A DNA stretch of 64,000 nt from a virus (lineage: Duplodnaviria; Caudoviricetes): positions 1 through 64,000 of IMG/VR virus record IMGVR_UViG_2833778570_000001; one strand, 5' to 3'. Both the position numbers and the translations under genes were made by a program. Shown piece after piece: positions 26,776-35,545 of the stretch. Below the pieces are notes generated by a model, which worked only from the letters and a program-made list of their open reading frames with translations, was not told the origin of the DNA and did not search any database. Within the stretch, counting starts at the first letter, position 1; each line of letters opens with the position of its first letter.

Positions 26776-27128
26776 GGCGTCACCACCATCGGGAAGCGGG
26801 CGCGGTACCAGCGGCGCCACAGCGGGTGCACGGCGAAGACGGCGCAGCCGACGAGCGCCGAGTACGAGCCCTTCGCGGCGAAGTAGGCGAACCACGCCAC
26901 TTCCTTGCCGACGAAGTAGAGGGCCGCCATCCGGAAGCACTCGACGGAGGGGACGGGCCGCGCAGCCTCCGCCTCGGCCATGCGAGACGAGACGGAGGCG
27001 TGGTGAAAGCCGAGCGCCACGGCCAGCGCGCCCAGCCACTCCAGCGCGTTCGCGCGCGTGCAGAGGTTGACGGCGATGAGGACGGCGTAGACGACGGCCG
27101 CCTCCAGGTGCCAAGTGCGAAGTTTCAT
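26772..27128 (-). CDS. Multi-TM membrane protein, holin candidate
   Basis: 3-4 hydrophobic segments, basic C-terminus, coupled to the endolysin. Confidence 0.6.
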   Translation of the reverse strand: MKLRTWHLEAAVVYAVLIAVNLCTRANALEWLGALAVALGFHHASVSSRMAEAEAARPVPSVECFRMAALYFVGKEVAWFAYFAAKGSYSALVGCAVFAVHPLWRRWYRARFPMVVTP

Positions 27129-27238
27129 CGTGCAGGCTCGCGAGGCGCTGGAGTCGAAGGCCCGCCGGAGCGCCACGCTGCCAGGACCAGAAAGGCGCAC
27201 GCGGCGAGCACGTGCGCGGCGAAGAGGGAGAGGCTCAC
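27125..27238 (-). CDS. 37-aa single-TM peptide
   Basis: Overlaps both neighbours (GTGA, ATGA). Confidence 0.4.
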   Translation of the reverse strand: MSLSLFAAHVLAACAFLVLAAWRSGGPSTPAPREPAR

Positions 27239-27789
27239 CGGCGCCTCGGCGGAGAGGCGGGCTCGGGTGCGTCCTGTACCTGCTGATGCTGCGCGGGCAC
27301 CTGGGCCTGGACGAACCACCGGCCGCACTCGCGCAGGCCCGCGAGGCCCAGCAGCCCGACGATGGCGCCCAACACCCACAGCGCCCCGGCCTGCCGGGAG
27401 TTGCGGTGCTCCTGCGCGTCCTGGCGCTCCTTCAGCACCGGGACGACCTTCACCGACTCCTTCATCTCGGAGACCTGCGTCGCGAGTTGCTCCACCTTCT
27501 CGCGCAACTCCGGGACGGCACGCACCGCAGGCGTGTGCTCCGTCACCCGCCGGTCCAAGTCCCCGATGCGGTCCTCGAGCCGGTGCACCTGCTCGGCCGT
27601 GGCCATGCGCTCGCCGATGCCACGCACCTCGACATGCACGCCCTCCACCACCCGGTGGAGGTCCACCGCCATCCGCTCAGCGGCCTTCAGCGCGGCCCCC
27701 GCGCGCTCGTTCGTCGCCTCCTGTTGGGCGGCGAGCCGGGCGAGGTCCTCACGGACGGTGTCAGGTGTGCGGCGGGGAGCGGGGGGCAT
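27235..27789 (-). CDS. Coiled-coil protein with a C-terminal TM (lysis-module accessory)
   Basis: Heptads followed by ALWVLGAIVGLLGLAGL. Confidence 0.7.
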   Translation of the reverse strand: MPPAPRRTPDTVREDLARLAAQQEATNERAGAALKAAERMAVDLHRVVEGVHVEVRGIGERMATAEQVHRLEDRIGDLDRRVTEHTPAVRAVPELREKVEQLATQVSEMKESVKVVPVLKERQDAQEHRNSRQAGALWVLGAIVGLLGLAGLRECGRWFVQAQVPAQHQQVQDAPEPASPPRRR

Positions 27790-27934
27790 ACCGCCGCATG
27801 GTCAACGCTCGCGTGGACGGCGTCCGGCACAGCCAGTGACCACCCATAGATGGGGCACGCATGCCCCATCTATGAAATCAGGGACGGCCGTGCGACAGAT
27901 CTACGTTCGGCAACACTCTGGAGACAGCGCACCA

Positions 27935-28438
27935 ATGGAATCGTTCTGGGAGAAAGTCATCCTCCTCATGATTGACAAGCTGCTTCTGGCGGCAGCAGGA
28001 GCAGGCATTGTCTTCTACTTCTCGCGAGCATTGGAGCGCTACAGACGGGACCAGTCAGTCAGCAGTGAACTCGGGAAACTCCGAGCACAAGCCTTCGCGA
28101 AAATACTCGCCGCATTGTCGTCGAACCACATGATTCTTACCCAGGCCCTTGAGCACCGACACACCGCTCAAATTCCAGATACCGACGCACTGCTGCTGGC
28201 CCGATCAAAGGAGCAATTGGAACGACTACGCGACGTGGTCCTCGAAGGAATAGGACTAATGGACAAGCCTGTAGGGACGTTGTTTTCAAATTACGCAACA
28301 GCATTTGGCGAATTTGACCTGTCCGAAAAAGCATTACTCGAAATGACCGACGAACAAATCGAAGCAAAGCTCAAAATCATTCGCGCCATGCGAGAACAAC
28401 TAGCGGCCTACATCCCTCCTATTCCAAGGGTCGACTAA
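27935..28438 (+). CDS. Low-GC moron, N-terminal TM protein
   Basis: Opposite strand, sharp GC drop, VILLMIDKLLLAAAGAGIVFYF. Confidence 0.75.
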   Translation: MESFWEKVILLMIDKLLLAAAGAGIVFYFSRALERYRRDQSVSSELGKLRAQAFAKILAALSSNHMILTQALEHRHTAQIPDTDALLLARSKEQLERLRDVVLEGIGLMDKPVGTLFSNYATAFGEFDLSEKALLEMTDEQIEAKLKIIRAMREQLAAYIPPIPRVD

Positions 28439-28457
28439 GTGGTGCGGATTGGGCCAC

Positions 28458-28997
28458 TTACGCTGTCACACCGACTGCCCTCTCTTTCCCGACGCCGAGC
28501 AGCCAGTCACGAAAGGCGGGCCAGGAGTTCTCGGTGATGAGCCCTCGCACGAAGGCGTTCGCCTGCCACTCGCGGATGAGCCCCTCGCCGCGCTGGAGTA
28601 GCCAGGGCCTCTCGCGGGCGGTCCGCTGCTCCAGCATGTACTTCTCGAACTCGGCCACCGTCTCCTCGAAGGTGGCCAGCGGGTTGTAGACGAGCCAGTC
28701 GTAGCCCTTGTCCTTCGCGTAGAAGCGCTCGTCCTGGGCCGCCATCTCGACGGTGGAGTACTTCCCCCAGTCGTCGCTGCTACCCGGGGCCGCGCCCCCG
28801 GACTCCATTTGCAGCAACTCCTGCTCGAGCGCCGTCTTCTTCACCAGCGTGGCGGAGTTCACCTCGGCGGCTGCGCGCGACAGCGCGGCCGAGGCGTCCA
28901 ACTGCCCCTTGATGCGGGCGATCTCCAGCCGCAGGTCCCGCTTCCGGGCCTCGGCGGCGTTGATGGCGTAGACGTCGCTCTGCGTGAGGGCGGGCAT
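28458..28997 (-). CDS. Tail-fibre-associated hypothetical protein
   Basis: GGAG RBS right after the fibre gene; N-terminal coiled coil. Confidence 0.7.
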   Translation of the reverse strand: MPALTQSDVYAINAAEARKRDLRLEIARIKGQLDASAALSRAAAEVNSATLVKKTALEQELLQMESGGAAPGSSDDWGKYSTVEMAAQDERFYAKDKGYDWLVYNPLATFEETVAEFEKYMLEQRTARERPWLLQRGEGLIREWQANAFVRGLITENSWPAFRDWLLGVGKERAVGVTA

Positions 28998-29006
28998 GGC
29001 CGACTC

Positions 29007-31136
29007 CTAGATGGGCTGCTTGATGTTGTGGCTGAGGAGGCCCGCGGACTCGTAAGTGCGGGCCCCGTGCACGGTGAGCTTCACGACGGCGCCCTCCCCT
29101 TCCGGCGCCACGCGGCGGACCAAGCCCGGGCGCAGTCCCTCCAGCAGTTCGCCGGGACGCAATGCGCGCAGCTCCGTCCAGCCCGCGAAGCGCCGGTAGA
29201 CGAGGTGGTTGGGCGTTGCCACCAGGACACGGCCGTCGGTGAGCTCCACCCGCCAGCGCGCGGCGCGGTGGATGGAGGCGGCCACCACCTCGAATACGCC
29301 CACGCGGCGCGTGTCCTCGTGCTGGGTGAGGACGCGCATACCCGGGCGAAGGGACGCCGCTGGTACCTCCCGCCTGTCCTCCAGGGCAATGGGCGTCTCG
29401 GGCGCGACGCACGTGCCGCCCGTCCCGCCGGAGCCGCCTCCCTCGCCGCCCGAGGGCCCCCCGCCGAAAGGCGAGGCAGTGGACTTCGCGAAGTTGATGC
29501 CCACCCCGGCGTTGTAGACGGGCGAGAACCACATGGAGGCGCTCACGCCGTAGACGCCGTGCACCTCACAGAGGAGCGCGACGTACTCCCCCAGGTTCTG
29601 CCCCCAGAGTCCCGCGAGGGCCGCCGGGGACTGGAAGGTGTGGCTGATGGCGACGCGGTTGAGCGCGTTGCCCTCCACGGCCGAAGCGTACTTCCGGTCC
29701 GGCAGGGGGATGTAGCGCGTGCCCCGGTACGTGGCGCTGACGCTGCTGTAGTAGTCCACCTTGAGGTAGCGGAGCGCATCCAGGTTGTCGTCGATGCTGG
29801 AGGGCTGGATGAAGAAGTGGTGCACCAGCCAGGAGTGGACGATGGGCGTCGTGTACCGGAAGTAGTCCGTGCACTGGACGTCCAGCCTGTCGATGAGCGG
29901 TGCGCCTCCGCGCACGCCCGTGTTGTTGCTGCCCCGGTAGTGGACGCGCCCCGCGGCCGACGTGCCGTCCAGCGCCTGGTTCGCCCTGAAGAAGGGCGTG
30001 TCCAGGAGGTAGCTGCCGATTTGGACGTTTCCACCGGCCGCCTTGAAGGCGGTGCCCACGTTGTCCAGCTTCGCTCCGGCCACGGGCACGCCGTTGCCGT
30101 CCTCCGCATAGTTGGACGTCTGGAGGGTGTTGGCCACCAGCAGGTCGAACGTCACCATCTTCCGCATGGAGACGGCGTCCAGGTACACGGCCTTCCCCGT
30201 GTCGGAATTGGCGGCGTTGATCTCGAAGTACAGCTGGACGCCGGTGCACCCCGCCGGGCAGGTGCCCTTCACCTTCACGCGCTGGTACGAGGTGGTGAGC
30301 GTGACGAAGGTGCTCGTGGACTGGCCGCCATAGGCACCGCTGGCATCCTCCCAGAGGAGAATCAGGTTGGCGCCAGGCTGGGCGAGCGCGGCGGAGGACT
30401 TCACCCAGGCCTCCGCGTAGAAGGAGTCCCCCGCGGTGCATTTGATGCGTCCTCCCGGGGCAGCGCTTTGGAAGCCGCCGATGAAGTTGAGCCCCGTGAA
30501 TCCACCACCGCTGGGCACCACCAGCTTGCGGCACCGGCGCCCCTCCTTCGCGTTGACGGGCTCCTCCACCAACGCGTCGCCCTCGGGGGACTTCCCCTGC
30601 GCATCCGCCTCCGAGTAGCCGTTGGGCACCAGGTTGTCCGTGGGCGGCAGCAGCAGGTGGGTGAAGCTGATGGCCGCCGTCGCCACCGCGGCACTGGTGA
30701 CGGAGCTGGCCGACATGTGCCTGGCGTAGACGCTGCCGGTGGGGACGTTGGAGAGGTCCGCCACGGCCATGGTGACGGTGTCCGGGTCGGCCACCACGCC
30801 ACCACCGAGGACACGCCAGCTGCTCTGGCTACCGTTGGTGTAGAGGGCCTGGACGGCGCACTGAACCTCCGTCTGCAGCGTCAGCTTCAGCGGCGCCACC
30901 CACCGCCTTTCCGAGGGGCCGAACTTCCGCGGCTCCAGCAGGTAGCTGTCGGTGTTGTTGGGGTCGCTGCCCTCGTAAACCACTACCTGGAAGCCCGAGA
31001 GGAGGTGCGCGGGGAGCACCTCGTCGTGCGTCCAGCGAATGTCCAGGTAGCGCGACTTGATGAGCTGCGGAGAGCGGACGCCGTCCACCTCGCGGTCGTA
31101 GATGCCGGCCGCTTCCTCCTGCTCGCGCGAGCGCAT
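29007..31136 (-). CDS. Tail fibre / receptor-binding protein with a C-terminal Hint domain
   Basis: FN3-like start, carbohydrate-binding-like beta sandwich, Gly linker, Hint motifs C1, TPNH, SHN. Confidence 0.8.
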   Translation of the reverse strand: MRSREQEEAAGIYDREVDGVRSPQLIKSRYLDIRWTHDEVLPAHLLSGFQVVVYEGSDPNNTDSYLLEPRKFGPSERRWVAPLKLTLQTEVQCAVQALYTNGSQSSWRVLGGGVVADPDTVTMAVADLSNVPTGSVYARHMSASSVTSAAVATAAISFTHLLLPPTDNLVPNGYSEADAQGKSPEGDALVEEPVNAKEGRRCRKLVVPSGGGFTGLNFIGGFQSAAPGGRIKCTAGDSFYAEAWVKSSAALAQPGANLILLWEDASGAYGGQSTSTFVTLTTSYQRVKVKGTCPAGCTGVQLYFEINAANSDTGKAVYLDAVSMRKMVTFDLLVANTLQTSNYAEDGNGVPVAGAKLDNVGTAFKAAGGNVQIGSYLLDTPFFRANQALDGTSAAGRVHYRGSNNTGVRGGAPLIDRLDVQCTDYFRYTTPIVHSWLVHHFFIQPSSIDDNLDALRYLKVDYYSSVSATYRGTRYIPLPDRKYASAVEGNALNRVAISHTFQSPAALAGLWGQNLGEYVALLCEVHGVYGVSASMWFSPVYNAGVGINFAKSTASPFGGGPSGGEGGGSGGTGGTCVAPETPIALEDRREVPAASLRPGMRVLTQHEDTRRVGVFEVVAASIHRAARWRVELTDGRVLVATPNHLVYRRFAGWTELRALRPGELLEGLRPGLVRRVAPEGEGAVVKLTVHGARTYESAGLLSHNIKQPI

Positions 31137-31146
31137 GCCCTCCCGT

Positions 31147-33627
31147 TTAGGGAGGCGGCGTGGACGAAATCCCCAGCGTGAGGGTGGCCGGCACCGTGGG
31201 CACGGACACCACCAGGGCGCTCGCCGCGCCGGTGCTGTAGTTGCCCGAGGTGTCGATGGCCTTCACGTGCACCAGGTGGTTGACGCCCGGCGGCGGCAGT
31301 GCCCACTCGTAGGTGGTGGCGCGCACCTTGCCGATGAGGGTGCCTGCCTCCCAGCTGGCGCCGTAGCGCAGCTCGTAGGTGTCCCTGTCCAGGTCCGGCA
31401 CCTCCGCCCAGCGCAGCGTCGCGGTGCTGCCGTTGAGGGCACAGGTGAGGCCCGTCACGTCGGAGGGCGGCGCAGCCTTGCCCACGACGGTGTAGCTGGC
31501 CGAGGCGTAGGTGGTGACGAGGCCGTTGAGGACGGCGGCCACCTGCACGGTGTACGCGCCCGGCAGGCAGTCCAGCAACTCCCAGTAGTGCGTCTGCACC
31601 GGCGTCTCCAACGTCCAGTTGCCGCCCTCGCGCTGCCAGCGCACCCGGTACTCGGTGGCGGTGGCCACCTGCGTCCACCGGGCCGTCGCCATGACTTTCA
31701 CGCCGCCATTCGTCGTCTTGTACAGCGACTCGCCCACCGCAAGGCCTGCGGGTGGCGCAGACAAAGGCAGCACGGACGTAGGCAGCGGCTGCAGCTTCAC
31801 TCCGTACTCCACCTCCGCGTACTTCCCCGGCTCGTGGCGCAGGGCGGTGATTTCGTAGAGGTGCGGCTCCACCTCCGCCACGTTGAGGATGCGCCAGAGG
31901 GTGGGCGTCAAGTCGGACGCGGCCAGCACCCAGACGGCCTGGGGCTGGGGCGCGGCAGAGAAGGGCGTGGCCACGGTGAGGGCGCGGTAGGGCGCCGGTG
32001 CGAGCGCGGCCAGCGGGCGCTCCTCCACGGTGCCATCCGGTAGCACTGCGGAGAGGGCGTACGTCTTCCCGGCTTCCAGGGTGACGTCCGCGTCGAACTC
32101 CACCTGGCTGGCGGTGGCAGCCACCACGCGCCCGCCCCACCGGCGTCCGGCCCGGTACGGGTCCTGGAGCTTCACCACGGCGCCGGGGTTGCGCATGGCG
32201 CCCTCGAAGCCGGTGCGGAACGTCACCGTCTCCGTCTCCAGCCTCTCGGTGAGGAGGAGCCACCGGCCCACGCGCTGCGCCTGGCCCCGGGAAGTACAGC
32301 CGAGCGCCACCACCTCGGTGGGGTTGTAGCCGTAGGTGGCGAGGCCCTCCTCGTCGGTGACGTACTCCTGCGCCGCCTTGAAGTGGTTGTCCGGGTCATT
32401 CCACGTCACCAGCGCGACGGTGTGCCGCGCGCGCTTCCCGCTGGAGGCGTAGGTGAAGAGGCCGTCCACCACGTTGGCCGGCGTGAAGAGGTACTCGGCG
32501 TCGCGCGGCGCGTCCTGGGCGACGAAGACGGCGCCGGAGGCCCAGTACGTCATGCCTCTGAAAACGGACGCGAGGTTGTTGATGACCTTGTACGCGTCCT
32601 CCTGCGTCTGGAGGTAGAGGTTGCAGCGGAAGCGCGGCTCCGTGCCGCCCTTCCCGTCCGGCACCAGCTCGTCGCAGTACTTCGCCACCGTGTAGAGGCC
32701 CCATTTGTCCACCGCGGCCTCGTTGAGGTAGCGGCCCAGGCCGTAGCGCTTCGTCGTGAGGAGGTCGTAGAAGCACCAAGCCGGGTTGTCCGTCCAGGCC
32801 ACCTTCCACGTGCCGTCCCAGGTGCCCTCGTACGTCCGGGCCACGGGGCTGTAGTTGCTGGGCACGCGCACCCGCAGCCCGCGAATCCGGTAGCTGCGCG
32901 TGGGGATGTTGCTGAACTGGCTGGCCGCCACCTGCAGCGCGCACAGCGCGGTGTTGGGGAAGCTGAGCTTCTCGTCCAGCAGCGTCGCGTAGGACTTCCA
33001 GATGACCTTGTTCTGCGTCGTCACGCTGTCCGCGTCCTCGCTGACGCGCGTGACGCGGATGTCCCAGGGCGGAGAGCCCGTCAGCTCCACGCGAAAGGTG
33101 CGCTCGTAGGGGCTGGTGCACTTCCCCCGGAAGAGTTCGGCGTCCTGGAAGGACTGCACCACGTACCCGCCCCCGTTGCTCTGCACAGCGATGGAGACGA
33201 GGACGCGGGTGGGCTTCAAGTCGCCCGTCGTGGGGTCCTGGTAGGTGAGCTGGGGCACCTGGAGGGTGACGCGCACGGCGTCCACCTCCGGGTCCGACAC
33301 CGTGCGCACCACCGGCGTGGCGCGCTTCACCTCGACGCCCACGGAGTGCTCCGCCTCGCCGGAGGGGAAGCCTGGGATGTACTCCTGCGACTGGGTGCCC
33401 TTCACGTCGTACACGGTGACGCCCGTGAAGTTGAAAGTGCCGTCGGGATTCTGGATGGCGACGCCGTCCAGGTAGACGGACTTCAGCCCGTCCACGAGGC
33501 CCTGAATCTCCCCCTCGCATAGCAAGTCCACCACGCGCGCCTTGGAGCTGGACTTCAGTGTGTTGGGAGACTCGACAGGGGTGCGCTGAGCGCCGCCCTC
33601 CCCTTTTCCGCCGCTGCTGCCGCCCAT
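31147..33627 (-). CDS. Host-specificity / central tail protein J (lambda gpJ-like)
   Basis: DLLCEGEIQGL, WTDNPAWCFYDLL, EPRFRCN, FN3 repeats. Confidence 0.92.
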   Translation of the reverse strand: MGGSSGGKGEGGAQRTPVESPNTLKSSSKARVVDLLCEGEIQGLVDGLKSVYLDGVAIQNPDGTFNFTGVTVYDVKGTQSQEYIPGFPSGEAEHSVGVEVKRATPVVRTVSDPEVDAVRVTLQVPQLTYQDPTTGDLKPTRVLVSIAVQSNGGGYVVQSFQDAELFRGKCTSPYERTFRVELTGSPPWDIRVTRVSEDADSVTTQNKVIWKSYATLLDEKLSFPNTALCALQVAASQFSNIPTRSYRIRGLRVRVPSNYSPVARTYEGTWDGTWKVAWTDNPAWCFYDLLTTKRYGLGRYLNEAAVDKWGLYTVAKYCDELVPDGKGGTEPRFRCNLYLQTQEDAYKVINNLASVFRGMTYWASGAVFVAQDAPRDAEYLFTPANVVDGLFTYASSGKRARHTVALVTWNDPDNHFKAAQEYVTDEEGLATYGYNPTEVVALGCTSRGQAQRVGRWLLLTERLETETVTFRTGFEGAMRNPGAVVKLQDPYRAGRRWGGRVVAATASQVEFDADVTLEAGKTYALSAVLPDGTVEERPLAALAPAPYRALTVATPFSAAPQPQAVWVLAASDLTPTLWRILNVAEVEPHLYEITALRHEPGKYAEVEYGVKLQPLPTSVLPLSAPPAGLAVGESLYKTTNGGVKVMATARWTQVATATEYRVRWQREGGNWTLETPVQTHYWELLDCLPGAYTVQVAAVLNGLVTTYASASYTVVGKAAPPSDVTGLTCALNGSTATLRWAEVPDLDRDTYELRYGASWEAGTLIGKVRATTYEWALPPPGVNHLVHVKAIDTSGNYSTGAASALVVSVPTVPATLTLGISSTPPP

Positions 33628-33628
33628 G

Positions 33629-34687
33629 TCAGTCCACCACCGTCGGGTCCGCCTTCTTCACGTTGTGGCTGAGGAGGCCGTCGGAGACGTAGGTGTGCGC
33701 GCCGGCCACGGTGAGGCGCACCACGGGCCCGTGCTCGCCCCGCGTCACCTGGCGCACCACGCCCGGCCGCGTGCCCACCAGCCGCACGCCGGCCGAGAGG
33801 TGGCGCAGCTCCATCCAGGCGTCCTCCGTCCGCACGCGGTGGTTGCCGGTGGCCTCCAGGCGCCGACCGTCCTCCAGCTCCAGCAACCACCGCACGCCTT
33901 CGGCGGGCTCCGCAGCGGTGACGAGGAAGTCTCCCCACTCCAGCGTCTCCTCGTCCTGGGTGCGCACCAGCATGCCCACCTGGACTTCGCCCGCGGGCAC
34001 CTCGCGCCCGTCCGCCAGGAGAATCGGCACCCACGGCGCGGGGCACGTGCCGCCGCCCGCTGGGGTTCCGCCGGGCCCCGTCTGCCCGCTGCCACCACTG
34101 CCCCCGAAGCCGCCGTCGGACCACTCAGTGACGAAGCCGGCGGAGACGACGCAGCTGCCCACTTCCATCTCTCCGTAGCAGATGGGCACCGGGTGGCCCT
34201 GGGCGAGCGTGTTGACGGGGCCATTGAAGACGTAGCTGGGCTTGTTGGCGTCGTCCTCGTCGGGCCCGGTGGCGGTGGGCGGGGCGAAGAGGAGCTGCGA
34301 GACGCCGCCCACCACCAGGGAAATGCCCGCGGTGATGAGGGGCACGCCCGCGCCGTACCCGTAGACGGTGAGGACGGCGCCGGCGGCGATGAGCACCGCG
34401 CCCGCTACCACCTGGAACCAGCCGGACTTCGCCCCGGCCAGGGCCGGCATGAAGGTGAGGACACGCGCGCCGGTGGGCATGCCCAGGTCGTCCTCACCGA
34501 CGTCCCGCTTGCCCGCGAAGACGTGGTAGCCGGGCTCGCTGTTCTCGGCCAGGTAGCGGCGGAAGCCGTCGCAGACGGCGGAGAGGGCCCGCACCGCCTC
34601 CGCAGGCGAGGGCACGGAGAGGTCCAGCTTCCACACGCGCCCGAAGCGCTTCCCCAGGGGCCCGCCCAGGACGATGGTCGTCAGCAT
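33629..34687 (-). CDS. Tail assembly protein I (lambda gpI-like) fused to a C-terminal Hint domain
   Basis: TIVLGGPLGKRFGR, SPAEAVRAL, GAKSG, FNGPVNT...PICYGE; then Hint. Confidence 0.9.
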   Translation of the reverse strand: MLTTIVLGGPLGKRFGRVWKLDLSVPSPAEAVRALSAVCDGFRRYLAENSEPGYHVFAGKRDVGEDDLGMPTGARVLTFMPALAGAKSGWFQVVAGAVLIAAGAVLTVYGYGAGVPLITAGISLVVGGVSQLLFAPPTATGPDEDDANKPSYVFNGPVNTLAQGHPVPICYGEMEVGSCVVSAGFVTEWSDGGFGGSGGSGQTGPGGTPAGGGTCPAPWVPILLADGREVPAGEVQVGMLVRTQDEETLEWGDFLVTAAEPAEGVRWLLELEDGRRLEATGNHRVRTEDAWMELRHLSAGVRLVGTRPGVVRQVTRGEHGPVVRLTVAGAHTYVSDGLLSHNVKKADPTVVD

Positions 34688-35412
34688 CGGGAAGCGTGCC
34701 TCACGACGCGTTGGGTGATGCGCTCCCAGAAGCCGGAGTACGTCTCCCGGCCGGACAGGCGCCCCATGACGTGGTGCAGGAGGACGTCCCCGCCCAGGTA
34801 CACGCCTGCGTGGTTGGGCACCGGGGCGCGCAGTTGCATGAGGAGGACGTCGTGCTCGCGCGGGGCTTTGCCCGTCACGTCCACGAAGCCCGCGCGGCCG
34901 AAGCCCTCCAGGTAGAGGTTGCCGCCCTTCGCCCACCAGTCGTCCGGGCGCTCGAAGTCGGGCAGCGCCAGGCCCAGGCGCTCCCAGTAGTAGTCCTGGA
35001 TGAGGGAGTAGCAGTCGAGGACGCCATGGCTGAAGGTGCGGCCCACCAGCGGCGGGCGGTAGCCGTCCGGGAAGTAGAGGCGCCAGTGCCCCACCGGGAC
35101 GTTGAGGATGAGCCAGGGCAGGCCCCAGCGCTCCATCATCACCCTGTCGGCCTCACTCGGTTCCGGCGCGGCGTTGGGGTGGGAGTGCACCACCGCCACC
35201 ACCTCGCCCTCCCCTTCTGCCTGAGCGTAGTCCTCCGGAGCTAGGACGAAGTGCGCCTGGCCGGCGGCGAGGTTCCGGCAGGGGCGGTACCGCTGGGCGC
35301 CGTCCACCAGCACCACGAGGCCGCAGGACTCGCGGGGGTAATCGGCCTGGGCGTGGGTGAGCGCGGCGCTCAGGACGTCATCAGCCAGCGTCAGCCGGCA
35401 GGGGTCGCTCAT
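34681..35412 (-). CDS. Tail assembly protein K (JAB + NlpC/P60)
   Basis: YPRESCG, HSHP...PSEAD, DCYSL, NHAGVY. Confidence 0.92.
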   Translation of the reverse strand: MSDPCRLTLADDVLSAALTHAQADYPRESCGLVVLVDGAQRYRPCRNLAAGQAHFVLAPEDYAQAEGEGEVVAVVHSHPNAAPEPSEADRVMMERWGLPWLILNVPVGHWRLYFPDGYRPPLVGRTFSHGVLDCYSLIQDYYWERLGLALPDFERPDDWWAKGGNLYLEGFGRAGFVDVTGKAPREHDVLLMQLRAPVPNHAGVYLGGDVLLHHVMGRLSGRETYSGFWERITQRVVRHASRC

Positions 35413-35545
35413 GCAGACATCGTGGCCACGAGCGTGGACGGCATCCATCTCAGACCGGACACAGAGGGGCTGTTCGGCCTGCATTCGGAAGCACCTAAAT
35501 CCGCCCAAATTGAGGCCACGGTCCTAACGGCGCTACATTCCAACA

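Noticed and set aside
27125-27238. 37-aa ORF as an o-spanin lipoprotein (LAAC)
   Set aside because: No basic N-region, and the hydrophobic stretch continues past the Cys, which fits a single TM peptide better
28809-31181. 790-aa + strand ORF and similar long antisense ORFs (e.g. 47461-49011, 50465-52021, 57079-58719, 59156-60967)
   Set aside because: Shadow frames of high-GC genes on the opposite strand; no motifs, and they fully overlap well-supported structural genes
29007-33627. Split between gpJ and the fibre gene as a sequencing frameshift; diversity-generating retroelement acting on the fibre
   Set aside because: A clean stop, a GGGAGG RBS and an ATG separate the genes; no reverse transcriptase or template/variable repeat pair is seen
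29007-34045. Hint domains as ordinary selfish inteins
   Set aside because: No Cys/Ser/Thr after the terminal Asn, no homing endonuclease, located at protein C-termini with only 5-10 aa of C-extein
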